DNA of 64,000 nucleotides. It comes from Chloroflexota bacterium. GTDB lineage: Bacteria; Chloroflexota; UBA11872; UBA12225; JAJDUF01. The notes beneath the pieces are model-generated. The model saw only the letters and a list, made by a program, of their open reading frames with translations. It ran no database searches and was not told where the DNA came from. How positions within the stretch are numbered: position 1 is the stretch's first letter; every line of letters begins with the position of its first letter. The stretch spans positions 21,175 to 85,174 of the forward strand of contig DAOUJP010000007.1 of assembly GCA_034422515.1 (NCBI GenBank). The letters run 5' to 3'. The position numbers and the translations under genes were made by a program. Shown here piece by piece: positions 28,074 through 37,118 of the stretch.

Positions 28074-29171
28074 ATGGCGAAGTACCGTGCCGGCGTGATC
28101 GGTCTCGGCTGGATGGGCCTGCTGTACGATCTGGCAGCGCGCATCCCCGACCGGTTCGATGTGGACGACGTAGACCGGCCCACGCCGGCGCTTGATGTCC
28201 ACCGCAGCATTCGCCACCACGAGCACCCGGGGAACGAGGGGCTGCCTAGCTCCTATTGTGAGGCGCTGTGGGACCGCCCCGAGGTTGAGCTTGTCGCGGC
28301 GGCGGACCGAGATGCCAAGCGCCTGACGGCTTTCACCCAGCGTTACGGTGTCGAGACCGTCTACACCGACGCAGCCGAGATGCTGGCCAAAGAGCGACTG
28401 GACATCGTTGCCGTTGCCACCAATACCAAGCTGCGTGCCGACCTCACCTGCCTCGCGGTCGTGTACGGCGCGCAGGGTGTCGTTACCGAAAAGCCGATGG
28501 CCCATACCCTGGAGCAGGCCGACCGGATGGTCAAGACGTGCGCCGACGCGGGTGTAGCCCTGAGCTGTGGCGCCATCAGCACCACGCATCCGTCCTTCGC
28601 CAAGGCCAAGGCGCTGGTCACGAGCGGCGCCATTGGTGATGTCGTCTCCATCGAGGCCAGCGGACCGGGTGCCCAGCATCAGAACTGGTCGTACTTTGTG
28701 GATAGCGCCCCGGCCTGGGTCATTGGCATTGGCGACGAGCCGCGCCGAGCAAGCGGTAGTGATGAGTTCAGCGGCCAGGGGCTGATGGTGACCGTAGACG
28801 GCCAGGTAGTCCACTACCGCACGGGCGCGCCGGGCGTTCGCATCACCGGCTCCGCGGGCGAGATCACCTACAGCTACGAGCAGGGGTGGCGGCTCTGGCA
28901 GCACGTGGCCGGACTGGCGCCCAACCAGCGAGTCGAAATGCCCTGGCCGGAGCCGAACTTCATTCCCCCTTACGGCGCCATCTACTCGCTCGATGACGTG
29001 ATCGCCTGCATGGAGGGCCGGCTCGACGAGCCAAAGAACTCCGGCCGCCGCGTCGCCGTCGCGCTGGAGGTCGAGGTCGCGCTCAAGCAGTCTTCCGCAC
29101 AGGCGGGCGTCAGAGTAGACCTGCCGCTCGCAGACCGCTCGCTCGGCCTGCACTACGATTGGTTCCGGTAG
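28074..29171 (+). CDS. Gfo/Idh/MocA family oxidoreductase
   Basis: RAGVIGLGWMG, VTEKPMA; AAGGAGG RBS before ATG 28074. Confidence 0.88.
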   Translation: MAKYRAGVIGLGWMGLLYDLAARIPDRFDVDDVDRPTPALDVHRSIRHHEHPGNEGLPSSYCEALWDRPEVELVAAADRDAKRLTAFTQRYGVETVYTDAAEMLAKERLDIVAVATNTKLRADLTCLAVVYGAQGVVTEKPMAHTLEQADRMVKTCADAGVALSCGAISTTHPSFAKAKALVTSGAIGDVVSIEASGPGAQHQNWSYFVDSAPAWVIGIGDEPRRASGSDEFSGQGLMVTVDGQVVHYRTGAPGVRITGSAGEITYSYEQGWRLWQHVAGLAPNQRVEMPWPEPNFIPPYGAIYSLDDVIACMEGRLDEPKNSGRRVAVALEVEVALKQSSAQAGVRVDLPLADRSLGLHYDWFR

Positions 29172-29197
29172 CGAGCGGCGCAGAAGGAGATGTCACT

Positions 29198-30952
29198 GTG
29201 GCATTCCAAACACCCATTACCATTCGTGACGCTATCAGTCGTATAGAGCGGAATGAATACGTGCTGCCAGCGATCCAGCGAGAGTTTGTCTGGAGTGCCG
29301 ATCAGGTCACGCAACTCTTCGACTCACTCATGCAGGGCTACCCAATTGGTAGCTTTCTCTTCTGGGATGTAGACCGCGATCACAGCCATGATTACGCCTT
29401 CTACGGCTTCCTTGCCGACTATCATCAGCGTGACCAGCGTCACAATCCACAGGTCAAACTCTCAGGCGCGACAGGGGTTACGGCTATTCTTGATGGACAG
29501 CAACGTCTTACCTCGCTCAACATCGGGTTGCGTGGGAGCTATGCCTACAAGACCAAGGGTAAATGGTGGAGAAGCGCCGATGCATTTCCGCGCCGGCGTC
29601 TCTACCTCAACCTCCTGCGCCCTGCCGAGGACGAGGAACTCATGATGTCCTACGACTTTCGCTTTTTGACTGACGAGGAGGCAGCGCGGTGTTCAGAGCA
29701 ACACCACTGGTTTCCGGTCATCCAGGTACTGCACTTCGGCAGTCTGCGTGAAATCAACGGCTATCTGCGTGGGCAGGATTTGCTGGCTTCGGAGTATGCC
29801 GAGAATTGCCTATTCAACCTCTACGAGGCGATCTGTAATAAGCGGCTTATCAACTACTACCTAGAGACTGATCAGGTGCTTGATAAGGTGCTCAACATCT
29901 TCATTCGGGTAAACAGCTTTGGGACTACGTTGAGTTACTCGGATTTGTTACTTAGCATTGCCACTGCTCAGTGGGAACATATTGATGCGAGACAAGCGAT
30001 CCCCGAGTTGGTGGACGACCTCAATAGGATCGGCGATGGCTTTAACCTGAACAAGGATTTCGTCCTCAAGTCCTGCCTGGTTCTGGCTAATCTGCCGGAC
30101 ATAGCCTTCAGAGTGCGGAACTTCACGCGGGAGAATACGCAGAAGATTGAGGCGGCCTGGCCGAAGATCGCGGAGGCACTCCGGATGGCGGTGAGCTTGG
30201 CCTCCCGCTTCGGCTACAGCGGTCACACGCTTACGGCCAACAATGTCCTGGTTCCTATCGCGTATTATCTGAAGTCGCGCGGTAGTCGTCCTAGTGAGTA
30301 CCTCGAACGGCACCAGTTCGCGGCTGATCGGGAAGCAGTGCGGTCATGGATGACCAGGGCACTTCTGAAGACGGGCACGTTCGGAGCCGGGCTTGATACC
30401 ACGCTCCGAACAGCGCGCCGCACGATCCAGGATGGTGCCAACGAATTTCCGCTTGATGACCTGGAGACCGCATTTGCCAGGATCGGGCGGGGGTTGCGGT
30501 TTGCCGAGGAGGAGATTGAAGATCTCCTGGATCAGGGCTATGGTCAGCGCCAGACGTTCTCGGTGTTAGCCCTCCTCTACCCACACGTGGACTTCAACAA
30601 CCGCTTCCATATCGATCACATTTTTCCGCGGAGTTGGTTTACTAGGTCCCGCCTGCGGAGGGCGGGGATTGCGGAGGAGCAGATTGACCGGTTCCTCGAC
30701 CGACGCGATGGTCTGGGCAATCTGCAACTGTTGGAGGGTACTCCTAATGAGGAGAAGTCAAGCCGGCCCCCGGCCGAATGGCTCCGTGAGCACTGCCCAA
30801 CCCCAGAGGCGTGTGACGGTTGGTACGAACGGAACTATGTCTCCACGGTGCCGGAAAGCCTGTCTGGGTTCCTCGACTTCTATGAAGAGCGCAGATCACG
30901 CATGAAAGAGCGTTTGGCTGGTCTTCTCAAGGTGCCACTTGGACGCGCCTAG
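29198..30952 (+). CDS. GmrSD-like (DUF262 + DUF1524/HNH) type IV restriction protein
   Basis: LPAIQREFVW, GYPIGSFL, LDGQQRLTS, FIRVN (DUF262); HIDHIFP...LGNLQLL...NEEKS (HNH). GTG start after AAGGAG. Confidence 0.88.
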   Translation: MAFQTPITIRDAISRIERNEYVLPAIQREFVWSADQVTQLFDSLMQGYPIGSFLFWDVDRDHSHDYAFYGFLADYHQRDQRHNPQVKLSGATGVTAILDGQQRLTSLNIGLRGSYAYKTKGKWWRSADAFPRRRLYLNLLRPAEDEELMMSYDFRFLTDEEAARCSEQHHWFPVIQVLHFGSLREINGYLRGQDLLASEYAENCLFNLYEAICNKRLINYYLETDQVLDKVLNIFIRVNSFGTTLSYSDLLLSIATAQWEHIDARQAIPELVDDLNRIGDGFNLNKDFVLKSCLVLANLPDIAFRVRNFTRENTQKIEAAWPKIAEALRMAVSLASRFGYSGHTLTANNVLVPIAYYLKSRGSRPSEYLERHQFAADREAVRSWMTRALLKTGTFGAGLDTTLRTARRTIQDGANEFPLDDLETAFARIGRGLRFAEEEIEDLLDQGYGQRQTFSVLALLYPHVDFNNRFHIDHIFPRSWFTRSRLRRAGIAEEQIDRFLDRRDGLGNLQLLEGTPNEEKSSRPPAEWLREHCPTPEACDGWYERNYVSTVPESLSGFLDFYEERRSRMKERLAGLLKVPLGRA

Positions 30953-31015
30953 TCTTCAACGGGAAAAGAGTTGCCGAGGGAAACAGTATCGAGTCCGGGA
31001 TGACGCTAACGATCC

Positions 31016-32143
31016 TCATAGATCGTCCTCGGTATAGATGCTGCCGGCGATATAGCGAATTCCGTCGTCGTCGTGGAAGTAGTACACTGTGAGAATGCGG
31101 TCGTCCTCCAACTGGACCGAGGCGGGATAGCCCAAGTCGGTGTGCTGCCCGTCGCTGCGAATGACCAGCTCCCGGTCCAGCCGCCAGGTCTCGCCCTCGT
31201 CCTCGCTGACGACCGCACGCACGCCGAACGGTTCCCGCCGGTAGCCGTAGGCGCAGAGAATCCGGCCACTCCGCAGCCGCAGCAAATGGGCCGGAAATCC
31301 CCAGATGGCCGTGCGGTGCAGCCCTTGCCAGGTCCAGCCGCCGTCGGTGGAGCAGGCTTGATAAAGATACCCGTCGGCGCCGCTGGTCCGTATCATGGTG
31401 AGTAGCTTGCCGCTGGGGAGCAGGAGTAGGGGCGGCTCGTGGAAGTCAACGCGCTGCTCCGGGTCATAGGCGACGGTCGTTGGCTGTCCCCAGGTGTACC
31501 CGCCATCCGTGGAGCGGTCAATGAACATCCGTCCGATGGGATCGGCGGGCGCCGGCCCGTATAGCGGCATCAGCAAGGTCCCGTCCGGCATTTCCAAGAT
31601 CGCCGTCTTGCCGATGCAAGGCCCATAGGGCAGCGACGCCTGTACCGGTTGCGGCTCGCCCCAGGTGAAGCCTTGGTCGCTGGATCGGATGAAGTAGAGG
31701 CTGTCGAACACGTAGTTATTGACCGCACGGGAGGAGCCGGTACGAATATTCCGCTTCCCCCGCAGTGCTGCCAGTTGTGCCTCCGTCAGATTCACGAACC
31801 AGCGGTGATTGACCACAATCAGCTCGCCTGAGGATAGTTGCGAGATCAAAGGCATGTTGAGGTCTTGCGCGTCGTTCCCAGCGTCTACCACGATCCGGCT
31901 GGCCGGGTCCCACGTGCCGCCGTCGTCGGTGGAGCGCACCAGCGCTACCCGCGAGCCGGTGATGACGTGGTGGTGGGTGATCTTCGCATCTTGGGGCCTT
32001 TCCGGATTCCCGCCGGGTGGATGGATCGCAGACTCCCGAAAGACCGTCACCAGGTCGCCATTGTGCAGACGGATGATGTCGGGAAACGCACAGAGGCCGT
32101 CGCTGCTCTTATGGACGACGAGGTGTTCGAGTGCCATAGTCAT
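31016..32143 (-). CDS. Sialidase-like BNR/Asp-box beta-propeller protein
   Basis: Five Asp boxes (RSTDDGGTW, RSSDQGFTW, RSTDGGYTW, CSTDGGWTW, VSEDEGETW); C-terminal DLGYP; no signal peptide evident. Confidence 0.85.
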   Translation of the reverse strand: MTMALEHLVVHKSSDGLCAFPDIIRLHNGDLVTVFRESAIHPPGGNPERPQDAKITHHHVITGSRVALVRSTDDGGTWDPASRIVVDAGNDAQDLNMPLISQLSSGELIVVNHRWFVNLTEAQLAALRGKRNIRTGSSRAVNNYVFDSLYFIRSSDQGFTWGEPQPVQASLPYGPCIGKTAILEMPDGTLLMPLYGPAPADPIGRMFIDRSTDGGYTWGQPTTVAYDPEQRVDFHEPPLLLLPSGKLLTMIRTSGADGYLYQACSTDGGWTWQGLHRTAIWGFPAHLLRLRSGRILCAYGYRREPFGVRAVVSEDEGETWRLDRELVIRSDGQHTDLGYPASVQLEDDRILTVYYFHDDDGIRYIAGSIYTEDDL

Positions 32144-32157
32144 CTCCGATCCTCACG

Positions 32158-33465
32158 TTAGCCCGCCGCTGCCGGCGTCGGGGTTGTGGCTGGTCGGGGC
32201 TGTAGGAGCTGCGGCGAGCGCCAGGCAATCGCCGCCACAAGTATCGCGCACAATACGGCACCGGCCCCGATAGCCAGCGGCGCGCCCCACCGCTCGGCCA
32301 CGGCGCCGGCCCCCAGCGAGCCGAGCGGCGTGCTGCCCGTTGCCAGCACCAGCAGCCCCATAGCCCGGCCCCGCAGCGCCGGCTCGGCACGACTGAGGAT
32401 CAGCGTGGATTGCATCACTGCGAACCCGGCCTGGCCCAGACCACTGAGCGTCAGAAGCGCGATGGCCAAGGGCAGGCTCGTGGTGCTTGCAAATGCCGCC
32501 AAGGCCAGCGACGCCAGGCCCGCACCGAGCACGAGGGTCCACCCATACGACCGCTCGCGGTTCAGACGCGGCAGCAGCAACAGCATCAGCGGTGCGCCGA
32601 TACCGTTCGCCGCGCCCATCCACCCCAGCTCGACCGGCCCGACGTGCAGCACGTCCTCCGCGAACACCGGGTAGAGGAATTTGGCCTGGAAGACGAAGCC
32701 GTTCATCGCAACGGTCATCAGGAGCACAGCCCAGATGACCGGCTCGCCCCGGACGTAGGCCCAGCCCTCGCGTAGCTGGCGCCAGACGGGGGCGGGGGTG
32801 ACTTCACCGGCCCTCCGCACCGCAGCCAACCGGCCCAACGCGAGCAGCGCTAGGGCCGGGAACAGCACCAGCGCGGCATAGGCGCCGTCCGCCCACAGCG
32901 CCAGCAGTGCCCCGGCGAGCAGCGGGCCGAGCACCCGTGCCACCGACTGAGTTACGCGCTCCAACACGACCGCCGAGAGCAGGTACTCGGAGCCGGCGAG
33001 GTCCATCAGCAGGGCGCGGCGCGAGGGCCAGGCTAACGCGGTGCTGACACCGAACCAGAAGGTGACGAGCAGCAGGAGCCAATAGGACCCGTGGCCGGTG
33101 AGCAGCGTCCCGGCCAGCAGGGCCAGGGCGGCGAGGTTGCCCCCCTCGGCAATACGCACCAACAGCACACGATCCAGTCGGTCGGCCAGGGCGCCACTCA
33201 ACGGTCCGATCAGCGGCATCGCCACGGCGCGACCAACGCCGGTCATAGCCACCAGCCACGGTGAGCCGGTGAGTTGGAGCGCCACCCAGCCGGTGACGAT
33301 CACCTCCGTCCAGAGCGTGAAGCTGGAGGCACAGGTGGAGAGCCACAGGTGCCGGAACGCCGGCCGCGCCAGTAGGGCAGTGAGGTCATGGGACCACGGT
33401 CCAATTGCGCCGGCGAGTCGTATCCGCGGGCTGTTACGTTGAGAGCTAGGCATGGCTGGCGGCAC
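32158..33465 (-). CDS. MFS transporter
   Basis: FRHLW start; GALADRLDRVLL motif A; LRGRAMG; about 12 TM segments. Confidence 0.88.
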   Translation of the reverse strand: MPPAMPSSQRNSPRIRLAGAIGPWSHDLTALLARPAFRHLWLSTCASSFTLWTEVIVTGWVALQLTGSPWLVAMTGVGRAVAMPLIGPLSGALADRLDRVLLVRIAEGGNLAALALLAGTLLTGHGSYWLLLLVTFWFGVSTALAWPSRRALLMDLAGSEYLLSAVVLERVTQSVARVLGPLLAGALLALWADGAYAALVLFPALALLALGRLAAVRRAGEVTPAPVWRQLREGWAYVRGEPVIWAVLLMTVAMNGFVFQAKFLYPVFAEDVLHVGPVELGWMGAANGIGAPLMLLLLPRLNRERSYGWTLVLGAGLASLALAAFASTTSLPLAIALLTLSGLGQAGFAVMQSTLILSRAEPALRGRAMGLLVLATGSTPLGSLGAGAVAERWGAPLAIGAGAVLCAILVAAIAWRSPQLLQPRPATTPTPAAAG

Positions 33466-34150
33466 TTTGCTCCGTCTCCGGCCCGATCACTCTGCCGGCA
33501 GCGCGCACTATCCGCTGCGGCCGCCCCTATAATGCCTGATTGCGCCCAGCCACCGGAGCGGATGCACGTAGGTAGGGACGCAGCACGCGCGCGCTGTGTC
33601 CCCATACCTGCCTCACATCTACGGTAAAGCTAAGGCTACTTAGCTTGCACAAAGTATCTTCCGTCATTCCCGCTGCCTCACTCGTCATCATTTTCGTGGC
33701 CGGCCCGCCCAAGTGGCCGGTCATTCCCGCGATGCTGCTAGGGCAGGGGACGGCGGCAGGAGCCGTCCCAGTCAGTCGCCGTTGGCAACCATCTCGTCGC
33801 GCGTGCTTCCTAGGACCGCGTGACCGCGAGGGGCAGCGCCGAGAACAAGTCCGATCAGTGGTTAGGGTAGTCGGATACACTGGGGAGGCTGGGGAGGGAT
33901 AGGTGCAGAGGCGACCATCGCTCCCGCAGACGACGGCACAACGTCGCGCGTAGCGACACGCGACACCCACGTTTCACCGATACATCCGTGCATATAATTA
34001 TGTAAACCCATACCCTCCAATTATGTCCACCACACCTGCAGCCATTTATGTCTATCTATGCTCTCTCCTGCCGCCCTACCCCGCTCTCCACCCTGCCGCA
34101 GCAGTTGCTCGCTCCTCCCATCATTGCTCCGAAAATAACGCCCATTCGGC

Positions 34151-34171
34151 ATTCCCACTTACGCGGGAATC
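34151..34171. repeat. REP-like ATTCCC-N8-GGGAAT palindrome
   Basis: ATTCCCACTTACGCGGGAATC. Confidence 0.7.
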
Positions 34172-34345
34172 TCGCGTTTCCGGGCGGCACCGGCGGCGAG
34201 ACCCGGTGACGCTCTGTCCGCAGCAGGATTCACAGGATGTGGCGCGGCACAGGACTGTCGGACTCGACCTCATCAACGATCCGCGCGCACTGTTATGTCG
34301 AGCAGTGGCATCCAGCACGCCATCTGCCGCCGGGCGTGTGCTGGC

Positions 34346-34351
34346 TATAAT
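34346..34351 (+). promoter_or_regulatory. Candidate sigma70 -10 box upstream of thrC paralogue 2
   Basis: Exact TATAAT about 70 nt before the ATG in high-GC context; no convincing -35. Confidence 0.35.
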
Positions 34352-34419
34352 GGGAGCGCCGGGGAGCCGGCTGTCCGTGGCGACAGCAATGCGGCCGTCT
34401 TGGGGAGCGAGGTCCACCA

Positions 34420-35886
34420 ATGGTCACGCAAACACCGCGCGTGGGGCCGGCGACGCTGAACGAGCGGCAGCCGCGCGCCACGGCCACGACGCTCGGCGGT
34501 ACGGGGTGGGCACCGTGGGCGCCGGCCAAAGGGCTGCGGTGCATCAACTGCGGCACCTTGCAGGACCTCGATACCGTGATCTATCGCTGCCCTGAGTGCG
34601 GTGACTTGCTTGATGTGGTCTATCCCCGTCCCACGCTGACCGTCGAGCAGCTACGGCACCGGTGGCGGCGGCGCCGGGGATCGCTGCACCCGGTAGATCG
34701 CAGTGGGGTCTGGCGCTATCGCGAGTTGCTGCCGTTCTGGCGGCGGCTCTCCGAGCTAGTCACCTACCCCGAGGGCGACACTCCCCTCTTGGAGGCCCCC
34801 CGCAGCGCCGCCTATGCTGGCGTGGGCCGCCTGCGGTTCAAGCACCTGGGGTTCAGTCCCACCGGCTCGTTCAAGGACTACGGGATGACCACCGGCGTCA
34901 CCCAGGCGCGGCGGCTGGGGATGCGGGCGGTGGCCTGCGCGAGCACCGGCAATACGAGCGCCTCCCTCGCGGCCTATGCTTCCCGCGCCGGCCTGCTGGC
35001 CATCGTGCTCGTGCCCGAGGGCCAGATCAGCTTTGGCAAGCTGTCGCAGGCGCTCGACTTTGGCGCCCTCACGCTGCAACTGCGCGGCGACTTCGACGAT
35101 GCTCAGTCGTTGCTGATGGAGATTGCACCGCAACTCGGCATCTATATCCTCAACTCGGTCAATCCGTTCCGCCTGGAGGGCCAGAAGTCGGTGATCCTCG
35201 AATTGTTGGAGCAGTGCGACTGGCAGGCCCCCGACCGCATTGTGGTGCCTGGGGGTAATCTGGGCAATAGCTCCTCGTATGGCAAGGCGCTGCGCGAGTT
35301 GGACGATCTGGGCCTGCTCGATAAGCGCCCGCATATCACCATCGTCCAGGCGGAAGGCGCGGCTCCGCTCTACCACTATTTTCACGACCATCGAGGAGAC
35401 GAGCAGCCCGACCGGATGGTCAGCGTGCATCCGCGCACGTTAGCGACGGCCATTAAGATCGGCTCCCCGGTCAGCTGGAAGAAGGCCCGCCGCGCGGTGG
35501 ACTGGAGCGATGGCTGGTGTACCGAAGTGGATGAGCAAGCCATCGCCGACGCCAAAGCGGTGATCGGCTCGGACGGCATCGGCTGCGAGCCGGCGTCCGC
35601 GACCACCTTGGCCGGTATCCGGCGCCTCATCCATGAGGGTACCGATGTGCCGGTGCAGCCGGATGAGGATGTGGTAGCGATCCTGACCGGCAATCAGCTC
35701 AAAGACCCGGAGTACACCGTGCGCTATCACAATGGCGACCTGTGGGAGGAGTTCACGACCCAAACCCACGTCGTCTCCCACGGTAAGCAACTCCAGTGCT
35801 CGTTCGCCAACCCCCCGCTGGTCGTAGACGCCACCGCCGAGGCCCTGCGCCGCGCCATCGAGCCACGCCTCCGCGACGCACAGTAG
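34420..35886 (+). CDS. thrC: Threonine synthase (paralogue 2)
   Basis: CINC...CPEC Zn motif; PEGDTPL; SPTGSFKD; CASTGNTSASLAAYA; NSVNPFRLEGQK; PGGNLGN; CEPASA; ILTGNQLKD. Confidence 0.9.
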   Translation: MVTQTPRVGPATLNERQPRATATTLGGTGWAPWAPAKGLRCINCGTLQDLDTVIYRCPECGDLLDVVYPRPTLTVEQLRHRWRRRRGSLHPVDRSGVWRYRELLPFWRRLSELVTYPEGDTPLLEAPRSAAYAGVGRLRFKHLGFSPTGSFKDYGMTTGVTQARRLGMRAVACASTGNTSASLAAYASRAGLLAIVLVPEGQISFGKLSQALDFGALTLQLRGDFDDAQSLLMEIAPQLGIYILNSVNPFRLEGQKSVILELLEQCDWQAPDRIVVPGGNLGNSSSYGKALRELDDLGLLDKRPHITIVQAEGAAPLYHYFHDHRGDEQPDRMVSVHPRTLATAIKIGSPVSWKKARRAVDWSDGWCTEVDEQAIADAKAVIGSDGIGCEPASATTLAGIRRLIHEGTDVPVQPDEDVVAILTGNQLKDPEYTVRYHNGDLWEEFTTQTHVVSHGKQLQCSFANPPLVVDATAEALRRAIEPRLRDAQ

Positions 35887-35900
35887 TTGCGCGAGCTACG

Positions 35901-36128
35901 ATGAGCGAGTTCGTAATCTGTATCAACAATGACGGCAACCCGGCGAGCCTCATCGTGGGCAAGGTGTATCGCACGCTGTCGGACCCGGCTGCGGAAGCAC
36001 ACCACATGCTCCGCGTGATTGACGAGGACCGGTCGGAGCCTGATGGCTACCTCTACCCGGTCGCAATGTTCGCCCCCATAGAGTTGCCGGAAGTGGCAGA
36101 ACGGGCACTGCTGGCGGCAGGCGGCTGA
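35901..36128 (+). CDS. Small conserved-type hypothetical protein (75 aa)
   Basis: FVICINNDGNPASLIVGKVY...LRVIDED...YLYP pattern resembles a widespread small uncharacterised family (from memory); start trimmed to ATG 35901. Confidence 0.7.
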   Translation: MSEFVICINNDGNPASLIVGKVYRTLSDPAAEAHHMLRVIDEDRSEPDGYLYPVAMFAPIELPEVAERALLAAGG

Positions 36129-36205
36129 GGCCAGTTGAAGTTCCTGAGACCTCGTCCGGTGTTTGCATCGCCTGTCATGAGACTGTCGCCCCAGTCAGAC
36201 GCTCC

Positions 36206-37006
36206 CTATCTAGGGGCTTTGCGGCAGAAGAACAGCAATTCGCCGGGATAGACTGATCCGAATTCCTCGTACCGATAGCCAGCGTAGAGGTGCTCGACGA
36301 TGAAGCCACAGCGCGCCAGTAGATGCTCGGCCTCGTAGCGGAAGAGGTAGCGGTACGGGAGCTGCTGCGTGAGGTGCTCATGCCGACCATCGGGATGAGT
36401 GACGTGGTAGCTGCGTTCAACGTGCTCTATCTGCTGGACACGGTCATGGCTCCTGTCCCGACCGCGAATCTCCACGTGACGCCCACTGGGTAGTGGGAAT
36501 GGCGGCTCCACGGTATGCTCCTCACCTTCAACCGCGGTAGCCAAGTCGCCAAGGCCGGGGTTGCGTAGGTCGAGGACGAACCGGCCATCGTCCCGCACAT
36601 GACGGTGGACGCAGCGCAAGCACGCGATCTGGTCTACGACAGTTGCCAGATACGAGAAAGCGTGCCACGGTGCGATGACGAGAGCGAAGGTCTGATCCAA
36701 TACGAAGGCGGTTATATCTCCCTCGACCAGCGCTACTCTCCCCCGTACTGCCGCTGATTCCGCTCGCAGCTTGTCCCGGCAGCGGTCGAGACTGGCCGGC
36801 GAGACATCCAGCCCGGTGATCGGTACGCCTGCTCTGGCGATAGCCAGCAGCACGCGGCCAGTGCCGCAGGCCAACTCCAGCACAGGGCCGCCCGACTGGC
36901 GACCCAGCCCTATGTAGAACGGCAGATCATCAATCTTCTGCGGCGCCCAATCGGCGATCTCGGCGAGCAGCGGGCCTGTCCTGGCGTGAGGGTTGTCGGT
37001 GCTCAT
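36206..37006 (-). CDS. Class I SAM-dependent methyltransferase
   Basis: VLELACGTGR motif I; ITGLDVS; LVEGDI. Confidence 0.9.
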   Translation of the reverse strand: MSTDNPHARTGPLLAEIADWAPQKIDDLPFYIGLGRQSGGPVLELACGTGRVLLAIARAGVPITGLDVSPASLDRCRDKLRAESAAVRGRVALVEGDITAFVLDQTFALVIAPWHAFSYLATVVDQIACLRCVHRHVRDDGRFVLDLRNPGLGDLATAVEGEEHTVEPPFPLPSGRHVEIRGRDRSHDRVQQIEHVERSYHVTHPDGRHEHLTQQLPYRYLFRYEAEHLLARCGFIVEHLYAGYRYEEFGSVYPGELLFFCRKAPR

Positions 37007-37118
37007 CGGTCTGCGTCTGCGGAGAGATTATGTCGTGCGAGGTAGGTCATAGTTTCGCTCATGCATGTGGTTGTATCCCGGGGGCTAGTAGCTCAATCTC
37101 GCGCTGACTGCCGGTGCT

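Noticed and set aside
33466-34419. T-box, SAM or lysine riboswitch upstream of thrC; ORFs 33645-33902 and 34023-34595
   Set aside because: Conserved riboswitch cores not found; the ORFs translate through REP and low-complexity sequence and lack protein-like features.
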